DNA of 63,070 bases, counting the filler, from Licmophora abbreviata (lineage: Eukaryota): the NCBI GenBank assembly GCA_900291995.1. It is 9 parts of 9 records of this genome, joined end to end, with 100 filler letters (N's around TTAATTAATTAA, not from the genome) between each part and the next. Parts side by side here need not be neighbours in the genome. Positions count along the whole stretch, not along the records: positions 35,542 to 45,438 come from OLMU01001416.1; positions 45,539 to 46,597 come from OLMU01001417.1; positions 46,698 to 49,007 come from OLMU01001418.1; positions 49,108 to 55,341 come from OLMU01001419.1; 5 more parts are not named here. One strand, 5' to 3'. Below are positions 36,858 to 49,388 of this stretch, piece by piece. A program made the translations under genes and the position numbers. The number at the start of each line of letters is the position of its first letter. The stretch's first letter is position 1. The notes under the pieces are model-generated. The model saw only the letters and a list, made by a program, of their open reading frames with translations, did not search any database and was not told the DNA's origin.

Positions 36858-38139
36858 TTAACTCGTGCCAAACTCTTTCGTTTCCTTTTCGGCAAGATAC
36901 TCCGCGTACTGCGCCTCCCAGGGCTCACCGTCCATTGTTCGTGGCTGATTTTGTTCGGCATTCAACACTGCTTCCTTCTGAGCACAGTAGGCTGCATATC
37001 CCTCTTCCCACGATTCTTCTCTTTCAGCCGATGGCAGCTCCATGACTTGACTGACCCCGGGGTACGGAGGCATCTGTGGTGGACGCGATGCGCAGAGCCC
37101 GTGTTGCATTAACGGTGAGCCTCCGTCCATACAAGACGCAATCGGATAGGATCAGCAGACGTACCTGAACATTATACTTTTCTGCCAATGCCGGTGGTAG
37201 GAATCTTCCGCCCACAAAATGTCGTCCCCGAAACGATCGAGCGGCCAATTTTGGAGCCGTGAGACTAATCAACACATTCGGATAAAAGGGAGTGTCGTCC
37301 TCGTCGTCGTCGTCATTGCCATTCACATTCCACCCCGAGGGAATATCCACACTGATAGTCATAACCCCATACTTCGCCTGCGCTTGTTTGATACGTTCCA
37401 GAATAGTCGCAAACGGCTCTCGAGGCGTCCCATGAAAGGAAAAGCCAAAGATGGCATCAACAATGGCAGTGTACTGCACAAGACTGTCGGACGCTGGCAA
37501 TTCCTGAATCACGTCAATTCCAACATCCTTGCATTGCTGTACTAGATTGGTAAAATGCGGCAGTTTCGTATTGGGTTTGGGATACAGGACGGTGACACTG
37601 CTGGAGTATCCAAAGAGTACGAGATGGCGTGCCGCGACCAATCCATCTCCACCGTTGTTTCCGGGACCGCAAATGACCAGAATGTGCGGTGTATCCGTTT
37701 TTGTAGTAGATTTGTGTGATCGTTGCTCTTCTAGTACACTGTAGACACACTCCGCTACACTCAATCCCGCCAGTTCCATGAGCTGCTCCAACGAAAAGCC
37801 TGGTGTCGACATGAGGTCGACATCGAGGGCCGCAGCGTCCTCGGCATTCAAGTATCCCGTAATATGCAAAGTAGGATCAGTCGAGGAAGAGGCTTGCATG
37901 GCAGAATAGGCTTGCTTATACGACTCTGACGAATCCTCAAGCGGAGCCGCACACGCCGATGGTAAATGGAGTCCACTAGCACTCGCACGGTTGCTGCTGC
38001 TCCACACCGACGACGACACTACGGCCAGTCCTGAGCCTAGACACAATCGACGAGTCGCAAGGAAGCTTCCTCTGACAAGATAGGAAGAGCGAAAGAAGGA
38101 AATAAGTGCAAGAGGACGGTGCAGCGAGACCATTATCAT
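36858..38139 (-). CDS. NAXE: NAD(P)H-hydrate epimerase (YjeF-N) with organellar presequence; intron 37074-37164
   Basis: GFSLEQLMELAGLSVA, CGPGNNGGDGLVAARHL, IVDAIFGFSF, SVDIPSGW, LISLTAPK, HFVGGRF; spliced last exon starts MPPYPGVSQ. Confidence 0.95.
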
Positions 38140-38482
38140 CCTTAACACTCATTCCAATGTGATGAAGGACTCTTCTGTCCATCGTCGCGTTTTGTGTCAC
38201 AGAACAAAAAGAGAAAAACATGGATCCAAAACTCAAAAGTTGCGAACTCGGAGGGTGTTCGGAGATACGTCATTCATATTTATGGACACGGACATCGATC
38301 TTCATTTAATGTCTGTGCGTCATCAGTCACCACAAGGAATGGTTCGCCGCCGCCACACACAAAGCTTTGCAAACATCGCTGCACTGCCTCCTGAATTCCA
38401 ACACAACGACCGCGTTGTCTTGTCATCATCCCATCACTGTCTTTTTCCTTTCGTTCCTCACGCTCCATCATCACTGTCGAAT

Positions 38483-39567
38483 ATGCTTCGCGCTGTGACT
38501 TGTACGAATCTGCGACGTGGTGTTTGGAAACTGCGCGCATCGGCACGCATCACGACGGCATCTACCCCCGTACACCGTCACGGCAGATCCTCACCACTCT
38601 CACTTATTCTCGAGGGGAGTCATCGACCTTCTGGGACAGCCTGGAGAAGTCTTAGTAGTAGTGGTAAAAATGAATCTGCGGACAAGAAAACGGATGCCGA
38701 GGCGAACGAAATCGTATTGACGCCGGGAGAAAAGGTCGTGGCGGGAACAAGACTGACCATGTGGGCCGGTATCGCGGTCTTGGCGAGCGTGTGTGCTTAT
38801 TACATCGGAAAGGAACTCATTCCAACGTGAGTAGGAAGGAGGCATGTCTGTAGTGGCATCCCATTGCAGGACGTCTCTCGAGTCTCTGCTTTGTACATGC
38901 TTATACTCATCCTAGTCCTTTTTCATTTACTTTTCAGCAAAATGAGTCCCAACACAGTCTTTGACAAGGCGTTGGAGGTGATTCGAAACGATGCAGAAGT
39001 CAAACGTCGCTTTGGTGATTCCTTAAAGGGCTATGGACGTGATCACGGTGGTCATCGGGAGGGACGGCGAAATTTCATCGAGTGAGTTTTGTGTTTGTTG
39101 TGAATACTGATGCTGTGCATGCATTCTATAGTATATATGGTGTTTCCGTGTGGAGCAGCGTTGGGACTCATCATTTTCGTCGTCATACTGGCGTTTTTGT
39201 AGACACACGGAGTATACCGACAAGGAAGACGGTTCGAAGCGTACAAGAGTTCGATTCAATTTGGAAGGACGATTCGGCAAGGCCTTTGTCTTTGCCGAAG
39301 TCTCGTCCGAGATGCCATCGGGAGAGTTTGTCTATGGTGAGATACCGATCTACAAACGGAGTGCCTCTCCTTTATTGTGACTGTTCCTGAGACTTACTTG
39401 TTATCTTGCGCGACTCTGAAACAGTTTTGGTTCAAGACAAGGCGAACGGTCGAGTCATGACGGTGGTGGACAATCGTTCGGCAATTACGGCAGCGCGACT
39501 CTCTGGAGGAAGTCAGGAAGGGCAGCAGGCGCTTGCCAATCTATTGAAGGGAGGAGGAAGCAAGTAG
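38483..39567 (+). CDS. TIM21: Mitochondrial import inner membrane translocase subunit Tim21; exons 38483-38826, 38938-39081, 39203-39336, 39425-39567
   Basis: Arg/Ser-rich presequence, one TM helix, ELIPTKMSPNTVFDKA, FGDSLKGYG, RVRFNLEG, VFAEV, FVYVLVQD..V.DNR; three GT-AG introns keep the frame. Confidence 0.9.
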
Positions 39568-39827
39568 AACAGGAAAAGGAATGGTAGATTCAATTAGGAT
39601 TGCTAAAAGAGAGCAAGATGTGTTAGTGCTTGTACGCGGTCTACGCTATTTCTCGTAGAACTTTGTACCAGACTGACAAAAGAGACAGGGTCACAAGAGT
39701 ACATCGAGATGCACGCCGCTGCTGCATCCCAAAAGTATAGAAAGAGTGTATCGTAGTGATTTACCATCCATTGCACTGCACTAGAGTCTTGCATCGCAAT
39801 TTCATCCTGCAACAATAGATAGTCACG

Positions 39828-41388
39828 ATGGACTCGGACCCCTATTTTGCGGTTCCCGACAATGCATCGGCGGAGAACAAGGACGAAATCAAGTCCGCCC
39901 CGCCGGTCATGACTCCCAACAAAAACAGCACCGGTGCCCTCGCTGCCGCCATGACGAGTCCCGAACCATCGTCCACAGCAGCCCCTACCAAGGCATTTAC
40001 CATGGAAGAGGCCAATGAAGAGATTGCCAAGCTGTTGGAGAGTGGGAAAGTCTCCATGCAGGAGGTCGGTGCCTTGCAGGGCATGCTGCGGGAGCATATG
40101 GCATTGCGCGACAAGGTGGGCAAGCTCAAGTCCTTGCTGGGACGATCGGCCAAGGCGCAGAGGGAAGCCAAGATGGAATTGGATCAGACGCAGAAGAAGC
40201 TGGTGCAGAGTGAGCGCGAAGTGGAACGACTCAAGGGAAAGGTGGAAAAGCTGGCGAACCGTCCGACCCATATGGATCTGCTGGCGGACTTTGAAACTAA
40301 TTTCGATCGGGCCTTGTTGAGTGTACCGACGCATCAGACGGGCGGACAAGATACGGCTGCCAACACGTCTGAAAGTCTCATGAGTACCAATCAGCAAGAA
40401 CCGATCGTGGATACGATGCTACTTCAGGAACTCTCCGAAAGTAAGGCTCGTATGGAACACTTGGAGTCTCTCAACAGCGGCTTGCAGAAACGCGCTTTGC
40501 ACATGGAGCAGGAGCGAAAGAGTATTGTCGCTGAACGCGATACTGCGAAGCAAACGATTGCTCGGATGGAGTTGGAATTGCGCATGGCGAAAATGGAAGC
40601 CGATCATGCGACTCGTTCCATGCAAGACAAGATGGCATCCTTGGAGGAAATGCAAATGGAAATTGATCTAGTTACCAAGGCTAGCGTGGATGCCAATGTG
40701 CGAGCAAAACAGGGAGAGGAAGCGGCGAGGTCGGTGCAGACGGATCGAGAGAAAGTACACCACCTGCAGATGCAGGTGACGGCTCTACAGGAGTGGGCCT
40801 TGGCGTCGGCAGAAGCTAAGCGGTTGAGTGCGGATCGTGTTCGACTGTTGGAACAGAAACTGAGTCACTATCAACATGTTGACGACGACAACGATGATGT
40901 CGCCAAGGAAGGTGGCGAACGACTCTTGACGAAGAAATCAAGTTCTATTGTCATCGGAGCAGGCGATGTGGGATTCACTTTCATTCAGCTCGGATCCGAA
41001 GAAGTGCAATCATTGCATGCTAAGGAGCGCGTCTTGTTACGATGGAAATTTGATGTCACAAGTGAGCTTGCCGTCAACTTGAACTTACTCAAGGGCAAGT
41101 GCGACACGCCGGTGAAGCGGGCCCGAGCTGACTATCTCATCAAGGATCGGTACGCATAGAGCATGCATACGAGTGCTGCCTCTTGTGTTGTTAGATTCCT
41201 TCGAAAGCTCACTCTTTTGTTTCCTCAACTACTACATTTACAGACTGGTTTCCGGGGGTGCGGCTGGAGAAATGGAAGGCGCCTTTGTAGTCCAGAATGC
41301 GTGCACCGTACTATGGTCCAACAAGAACTCCTGGGTTCGACCCCGAACGATAAAATACGACTTGCAAGTCTTGGCCGTACAGGATTAA
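39828..41388 (+). CDS. Coiled-coil protein with C-terminal GOLD-like beta domain; intron 41150-41243
   Basis: Long heptad-rich region followed by VIGAG..LRWKFDV..GAFVVQNACTVLWSNKNSWVRPRTIKY (GOLD signature WxNxxSW). Confidence 0.72.
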
Positions 41389-41537
41389 TATCGCCGCTGT
41401 ATATGTTGCAGTAATGTAAATAGCGCTGTGGTTATTCTTCTGCTTCTCACTCGCGCCAATTTCTAAAGCATAGACTAGCACACTGAGTCATCTTTTGTCG
41501 GTCATACTACTAGCTTCGACTCGAATGCTTCGCAAGC

Positions 41538-42480
41538 CTAAGCCTCTTCGCCCCGAGCCGCTCCCGAACGATCCTTCACCCAGCTAGTTCCTCCGACCGA
41601 ACTAATGCACGGCGCCTTGCCAATATAAGGAAAGTCCGAGACCGTGACCGCATCCAGACAAAACTGAGCAACGTCTGCTCGGGGAATCGAGCCGGCTTCT
41701 CCATCAATGACATTGATAACTCCCGTCGGCGCCTCCACGGTCAACCCTCCCGGTCGGACAATGCAGTACTCAAGCCCACTTTCTTTAACGACTTTCTCTT
41801 GATTATTCTTGTCCTGAAAGATCTTCTTCATGGCAGTCATCATGAGAATCTTGAAAAAGAAGGGAGCTTGGCTTTCGGAGTCACCGGCACCAATCGACGT
41901 GACGACCGCAAGGCGCTTGACGCCCTTGTCCTTCATTGCAGCAATCACAGCGTTGGTACCGTCCGTAAGCATCGTGTCGCCGACATCGGAAGTTTTCCCA
42001 CCCAGTGCCACAATGACGCCATCAATCTTTTGCTCAAACACCTTGGCCACGTCGTCTGCGTTCGTCACGTCGCCTCCGATGACGGTCAATTTGGGATCAT
42101 CCAGCGACTGGCCTGCCTTGGTACCACCGCTGCCTTTGGGAATGGTCAGTTTGGAGGGGTTGCTATGTTAGAGATAAGAGAGAGACTGAAAAGTGAGACT
42201 TGCCTGTTGAATGTTTGGCTTCCACCGAAAAGAGGACGTCATTTCGTACTCACCGCGTCAGTCCCACGACGCTGTCGCCGTTCTGCAGTGCTTGGTACAC
42301 GCATTCTGCAGCTGTCAGTCCCGACGCGCCAAAGACGGCAATCGTCTTCATGCACAGCGCCGAAGATTGACGAGCTGGCATTACCGATTCCAGACGACTT
42401 CCTCGAGTGAACGAGGATGCGGGGGAGAACGCAGTGGCGCTTTGAAGCAGCAGCAGCAAGACGGCAAGAGAACGCAACAT
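41538..42480 (-). CDS. Plastid-targeted NAD(P)-binding flavin/biliverdin-IXbeta reductase-like atypical SDR; intron 42163-42253
   Basis: Signal peptide with ATA-FSP motif; IAVFGASGLTA Rossmann motif; GDVT, VTSIGAGDS, IVRPGGL, IPRADVA. Confidence 0.88.
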
Positions 42481-42535
42481 GGTCAGGATCTTGAATTTTT
42501 GTGGATTGGAAAAGATCAGCCTGCGCCTTGTAGGG

Positions 42536-42545
42536 ATGACGTCAT
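42536..42545. promoter_or_regulatory. ATGACGTCAT perfect palindrome (bZIP/aureochrome-type site)
   Basis: About 56 bp upstream of the plastid reductase ATG; function inferred only. Confidence 0.35.
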
Positions 42546-42875
42546 ACAGATCTCTTCACTGGCTGACTGATTCATTCGACTTGATACACGTCACTCGAAA
42601 TGGGAGTCGAATGAGTCAAGTCGCATCATCATATTCCTAAACGGGTACGTCCGTCGTCGCTCCAAGGATGCAGATGACGCGAGAGCAAAACTCAAAAATC
42701 GCGACACGTGGAAGAGTCGCGATGACATACACACAGCCGCGTCTCCGTCTCTCGGATGCGTCGTCCCATCATCACACAAAGAGCATGTGTCTGTGCTTGT
42801 GTGTGTGAAAACAAGAGAGATAATCGTTGATCCCCATTGGTCCAAGCGAGGGCGTCGTGCAATCAAGCGCTCGAG

Positions 42876-43871
42876 ATGAAATCGCTCAGCGTCAGGATAG
42901 CCTCTTGCGCACTGATGGCAGTCTACCTGCTCGACGTGGCGTCGGCGCGTGTTCCCATTGTTCTGCGGCAGCCTTTGATCGTTAGAGGTGCAGGTTGCAA
43001 AGGTGGCTCACCATCGATGTCGGCGACACTGCTTGATCTACGAGGTGGTGCGTCGAAATCCAAGAAGCGAGCAAAGACGGCTACCCTATCCAGTTCTTCT
43101 AAAAAGACAGCGACAGGCAAGAAGAAGGTTGGAGCCGCGAAGGAGGAAAAGAAGTCAGCCTTGTCGGACTCGCTACAAAAGTACAAGCAGATATTGCCCT
43201 TGACTCGAATCTATATATCCATGGTCGCCTTTGCGACCGTGCTTGGCCTGCTGCTGGGTGAAGAGCTCACGCAAGGCCTCTTGGCGCTGGACCCGATGCG
43301 TGTCATGTACGGTTTGGAACTGTGGAGACCCTTTACCGCCGCCTCTTTCCTGGGAACACCGTCGGTTGGGTGGCTCATGAGTGGCTACTATCTCTTCGAA
43401 TACGGATCCTCCTTGGAACGGGCCTACGGAACGGCTCAGCATTTCGTCTTTCTCATGACACAAATCGTCACGCTCTCCATCTTGAGTGTTCTCTTTGGCC
43501 AGCCTTTCTTTGCCCCGTCTGTCATTACTTCCATGCTGCACGTGTTGAGTCGCGCCATGCCGCATCAAAAAGTCAAATGGCTCGTCTTTACCGTCCCCTA
43601 CTGGTCTCTTCCGTACGGGCTGATGGCCACTGACGTGTTGCAGGCCGGCAGTCCCATGGCGGCGCTTCCGCATGTTTTGGGAATCGTGTCGGGCCACTTT
43701 TACCACTTTCACAAGTTCATTTGGCCCAAGATTGGAGGCGAGGACTGGCTGGCGGCTCCTGACTTTCTCGTACAACGTTTCGACCCGAATGCGAAGAAAC
43801 AAAAAGATGTGGTGAATGCTGCACTCAAGAAACGAAAACGAGGCAAGGGGCGAAAACTTGGAAGCAGCTGA
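42876..43871 (+). CDS. DER1: Derlin-family protein with bipartite N-terminal targeting sequence (candidate symbiont-derived sDer1 of SELMA)
   Basis: Signal peptide (..VASA|R) plus basic LRGG-containing extension; LPLTR, ELWRPFTA..F.G, YGSSLE, LGIVSGHFYHF derlin motifs; C-terminal GKGRKLG SHP-box-like motif. Confidence 0.82.
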   Translation: MKSLSVRIASCALMAVYLLDVASARVPIVLRQPLIVRGAGCKGGSPSMSATLLDLRGGASKSKKRAKTATLSSSSKKTATGKKKVGAAKEEKKSALSDSLQKYKQILPLTRIYISMVAFATVLGLLLGEELTQGLLALDPMRVMYGLELWRPFTAASFLGTPSVGWLMSGYYLFEYGSSLERAYGTAQHFVFLMTQIVTLSILSVLFGQPFFAPSVITSMLHVLSRAMPHQKVKWLVFTVPYWSLPYGLMATDVLQAGSPMAALPHVLGIVSGHFYHFHKFIWPKIGGEDWLAAPDFLVQRFDPNAKKQKDVVNAALKKRKRGKGRKLGSS

Positions 43872-43959
43872 ACAATCTAGTCAATGGGTTGTTAGAAATA
43901 ACAGTTTCGTAGGCTACAGTTGCGTTGTTTCCTTTTCTAAGAATTGTTCTATGTGAGTG

Positions 43960-45065
43960 TTAGAACGAGAGGCCGGGTGATGGGAACTTTTTAACGGTAA
44001 TCCCGAGTGCCAGCATGACACTGGGCGCCCCGCCGCGGTCGGTCAGCTGCATGTCGCGAAAGGACAAGAAGGTTCCATCCAGTTCAAATACCATTTCATT
44101 GAAAAAGTCAGACACGATCCTTGTCAGTTGCTCCGACGCTGCTAGAACCATCTCATCGTCCGTTATAGAGTCGTTCGAATGTGGTTCGACAGTCACTCGG
44201 GCACGTTGTTCGGCACCATGCCCACGCTGCAGTGTGCACTTCCATGTCTCGTCCATGTACGTTCCAAAAAACGTAATTCTCCCAGTACTTGCATCCATAG
44301 TAACTCCTTCCCGCTCAAATCGTATCCTGTCTTCGCCTTCCCCGTTTTCCAGAGCAGGAGGCTTCATGAGCGGATGCGTAATGAAACTTCCAAAGTCGCT
44401 TGCATCTAGGGCTACCATGGCAGTTCCCGTGGCTACATTGCAATATTGTTGAAGTAAATTTACAACGACACAGTACGGGAACGAGATGAGCAAAACGAAA
44501 GAAAAGAGCATGCACATTCCAACAAGTTGTACATACCTGGCTTGGTCAAGACTAGTTTCCGATGCGACAGAATCCGTCCCATATCCAAATCGCACATTTC
44601 CACTGTCGCCTCAATGGCCCGACAGGTCAACAGGCCAAGAGGACTCTTCCACCCCCTCCCCTTGACCGTCACTGGACCCACTTGACCATTCCAGAGCAAA
44701 TGGGAGGAGCTGGCAGTAACATCGCAAGTTACCGCCGTTTGTTCTTTCAATCGAAGTTTCAACGCCACAACGGCGAGATTGGAAATGAGACCCGACGTGA
44801 CGCTCGTTGTCGATGAGGAGGAGGTTCTTCTTTGTTGCGGTGTGTTTGGGGTAGAGGCAGGTGTTGAAGAGGAAAAAGGGATACGAGGAGGACGCGAGGA
44901 TGCCACCATGGAAAGCTGGAAGGCGTGGACGCCTGTTTTCGTCGTTGTCGATAAAACCATCATTATCAGTGCCAACAGTGCGGATGCTGATAGTGACGGT
45001 GTATGCATTCTAGGGCACACATTGGTTCTTGGCCGATAGGCGTTTGCAGATTCTGAGCAGCTCAT
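43960..45065 (-). CDS. Plastid-targeted DUF2993/LmeA-like protein; intron 44433-44536 (start codon uncertain, alternative ATG at 45008)
   Basis: Hydrophobic signal ending VHA-FQL and Ser/Thr/Pro-rich transit peptide; VTVKGRGWKSPLG, ATGTAMVALDASDFGSFITHPL; GT-AG intron keeps the frame. Confidence 0.6.
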
Positions 45066-45668
45066 GGTTACTTCTTCCTCTAGTGACTTTGTGTGAGATG
45101 GACTGCAGTACTGGCGTTTAGGCGAGGGACAAAATGAGCTGTGCTGTTGTGTGATGGATGTGGTTCGAATCTGAGTGACGCAAGGAGTGCCATCGATGAC
45201 GAAGCATGTTCGCCGCGACGATATATGTTTTCGCTTGGTGTGGACTATGGACGTCTGTCTGGCCCGCGTTTTGATTTTTACGCGCAACGTTGAAGTTCGC
45301 GCGTTGGGGTATTTCGATACTGGGTGTATGGACCCCCTCTTATTCAGCCAATTGATGATTGTCAGTTGTCTGGGCATTGATCGGGATCGCCAACCCAGTG
45401 TGACCGTTAAACACGTTATATTGCAATTCAAAAATACANNNNNNNNNNNNNNNNNNNNNNNNNNNNNNNNNNNNNNNNNNNNTTAATTAATTAANNNNNN
45501 NNNNNNNNNNNNNNNNNNNNNNNNNNNNNNNNNNNNNNGAATGCACGCCAGCCCGACCATCGAATGGGATTGAATTCCCACTGGATTTCACGCTCTGCTT
45601 GCTGCCGACGATGACAAAGCAGCACACCAGTCGCCGTCGCATCATCGTTCTTCTTTATTTCTGGAATC

Positions 45669-46200
45669 ATGTGCAACGACGTAGGCGAAGCATCACGATG
45701 CTGTCTATTTTACTCGGCGACGGGAGCGGTCTTCACTGTGAGTGGCAAAAAGACAAGGAAAGAGCCAAGTTTTCCCCTTGCGCCGGTGCAGTGGTCAGGT
45801 CCTGTGGAGCGACGACGAGGAAAAGAGATCAGCCTAAGGGACTATTTTCTCTGGATCGTTCCAAGGAACCGATGTGCTTCAGTTTGAACGTTTTGGGGTG
45901 TGCCTCACATTGTCTTCTAACCCTTCTCTACTGCCGCCGCCACCATTTTTACCATAGCTCTGGGTCGGAATCATGTTGCACACACAGCCATTCTTCATCT
46001 CTGGGATTGAAGATCCAGAGGAGGCCAAGACCAGTGCCTTTGGTGCCATGGGAATGTTTCTCTTTGTCTTTGTTGCTTCCATCTTTGGTATCTGGTATGA
46101 CTCGAATTACAAACAAGAGCCGATCCAGGATGGAGATATGGCTCCCGAAGGATACCAGCTGAGCATCGGAGACAAACCCGCCTATGGAACGACCTCGTAA
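45669..46200 (+). CDS. RNASEK: RNase kappa / V-ATPase V0 subunit f-like small two-TM protein; exons 45669-45737 and 45958-46200
   Basis: Spliced product MCNDVGEASRCCLFYSATGAVFTLWVGIML..AFGAMGMFLFVFVASIFG has the CC..S..G..F first helix and second TM of the RNASEK family. Confidence 0.72.
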
Positions 46201-46792
46201 CGAACGAGGGAAATGATGCAGCATTCTAGTCAACGATGATGGTGTAGCCTGCAAACGTTTGTTGCGAGCGTGCATTTGGTATTTGTTCCACAGCAAGCAG
46301 CTTTTAATCTTTAGAACATGATCCAAACATGTAGTACCAACAAGTCTATATTTTGAGGTTAAGGCAACTGACTGCTTTAGCTCTTTACGTTTGTGCTTTG
46401 ACGACTCTTTCTTATTGCCCTTTATCCATCAGATCACGAAGACTCTCAGGTCTAGACAGGGTGTGTCGATCTCCTTGTAGCTGGTAAACGAGCAGATTAT
46501 ACACCAAGATTACCTGCGGTATGCGACGTACCAAGCCAGACATGTGATCTATCGACCGCACAGACGCACCACCCTACATTTAGGGCAAACCGAACCTNNN
46601 NNNNNNNNNNNNNNNNNNNNNNNNNNNNNNNNNNNNNNNNNTTAATTAATTAANNNNNNNNNNNNNNNNNNNNNNNNNNNNNNNNNNNNNNNNNNNNCTC
46701 TTTCCCACACTGTTCATTGTCTTTCAAAAGTGATCGAGAGAGTGACGTCGTGTTGCTCTCCCAGTCCATATCCCATTCGTTGCATGCATTGA

Positions 46793-48205
<1,413 letters not shown>

Positions 48206-48304
48206 GAGGAGGACCTAGCGATCTTATTTTAACTTTAGCTCTGCATGAAAGATGCAAAGCAATTTGACGCTTCCTTTTTCTAGGAAAGATCAGTCCGTTT
48301 CTCG

Positions 48305-48900
48305 TCAAGCAATGGCCGCGCCGTACATGGTTTCAATCTCAGCTGAAAATTTCTCTGCCACAAGGGAACGCTTGACTTTCATTGTAGGAGTGAGATCACC
48401 CGTGGACACATCAAACGGCTTCTCCAGGACGTGCGCCTTTTGAACTCCCTGCGCTCATGACATGGCGTGTGTCGCATTGTACTGCTTCATAGCAGACGCG
48501 ACCTGGACAGCACCCGGGACGGAGCCGCCTTCGGCGGGTGCAATAAGTACCGTAAGATATTTACGTTGATCTCCAATCCATATGACATTCCCCACGCTAC
48601 TTCCAATCAGCGACTGAATAGTCTGTTGAATGGGCTTCGGTCCCACGTTTTCTTCGCCTGCTGTAATAAACAAATCCTTCTTTCGTCCTGTTTTATATAA
48701 GGGGCAAACATCAAACTGTTGTACTTGTTCGTAGTAGTCGGCCCACGAATAGGTGGTTTCACCATTGGCACTTTGAAGCGTAGGCTTGCCTTTATTGCAC
48801 TGCGTCGCTCTCCATTCCAAGGCCTCCACCACGTTCGAAGCAACGGATGGCACTAGAAGTCCACCTTGTTTCGCAACTTTGACCTCAATAGAACTTCACC
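48305..48900 (-). pseudogene. Internally deleted long-chain acyl-CoA synthetase (ACSBG/bubblegum-like) pseudogene
   Basis: N-terminal TYSWADYYEQVQQF is fused directly to the C-terminal TGRKKDLFITAGEENVGP..IGDQRKYLTVLI..GDLTPTMKVKR; AMP-binding core absent; in-frame TGA at 48455 (HAMS*AQ); broken 5' end. Confidence 0.82.
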
Positions 48901-49388
48901 ACAAGCCTTGTGACCGAAATTCCGCCCCAAATTACTACCGCGTACATCAACGGTGATGAGTGAGGACGCTGTGTCATCACGATGACTAGCGATTCGTTTC
49001 GATGGTTNNNNNNNNNNNNNNNNNNNNNNNNNNNNNNNNNNNNNNNNNNNNTTAATTAATTAANNNNNNNNNNNNNNNNNNNNNNNNNNNNNNNNNNNNN
49101 NNNNNNNCGAAATCAGTACCGTCTGATCTCGTACGTTTGCCTCAGTTTTATTCCCAAAAGTCCAAGTCCGCACACACACACACACACGCCGACGCAGCGA
49201 CGAAGGTCACTTGTCGGCGTAGACAGACCTTTTTCAGTCGTTTTGTTCCTTTCAAGGCTTCCAAACAGCTATCCGAGACGATCGATTTCCATCGGTCTGC
49301 GCTCACAAACCGAAAAGGGCGTGAAACAAATCAGGTTTTTTCATCCAATCATCCGCTACGTACAAGAGAAACAAGACTGACTCTGAGG

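Noticed and set aside
45162..45171. GGTTCGAATC as a tRNA T-loop
   Set aside because: T-stem does not pair and no cloverleaf can be built
46432..46441. GATCACGAAG matching the U1-70K binding loop
   Set aside because: No flanking stem and no upstream ACTTACCTG
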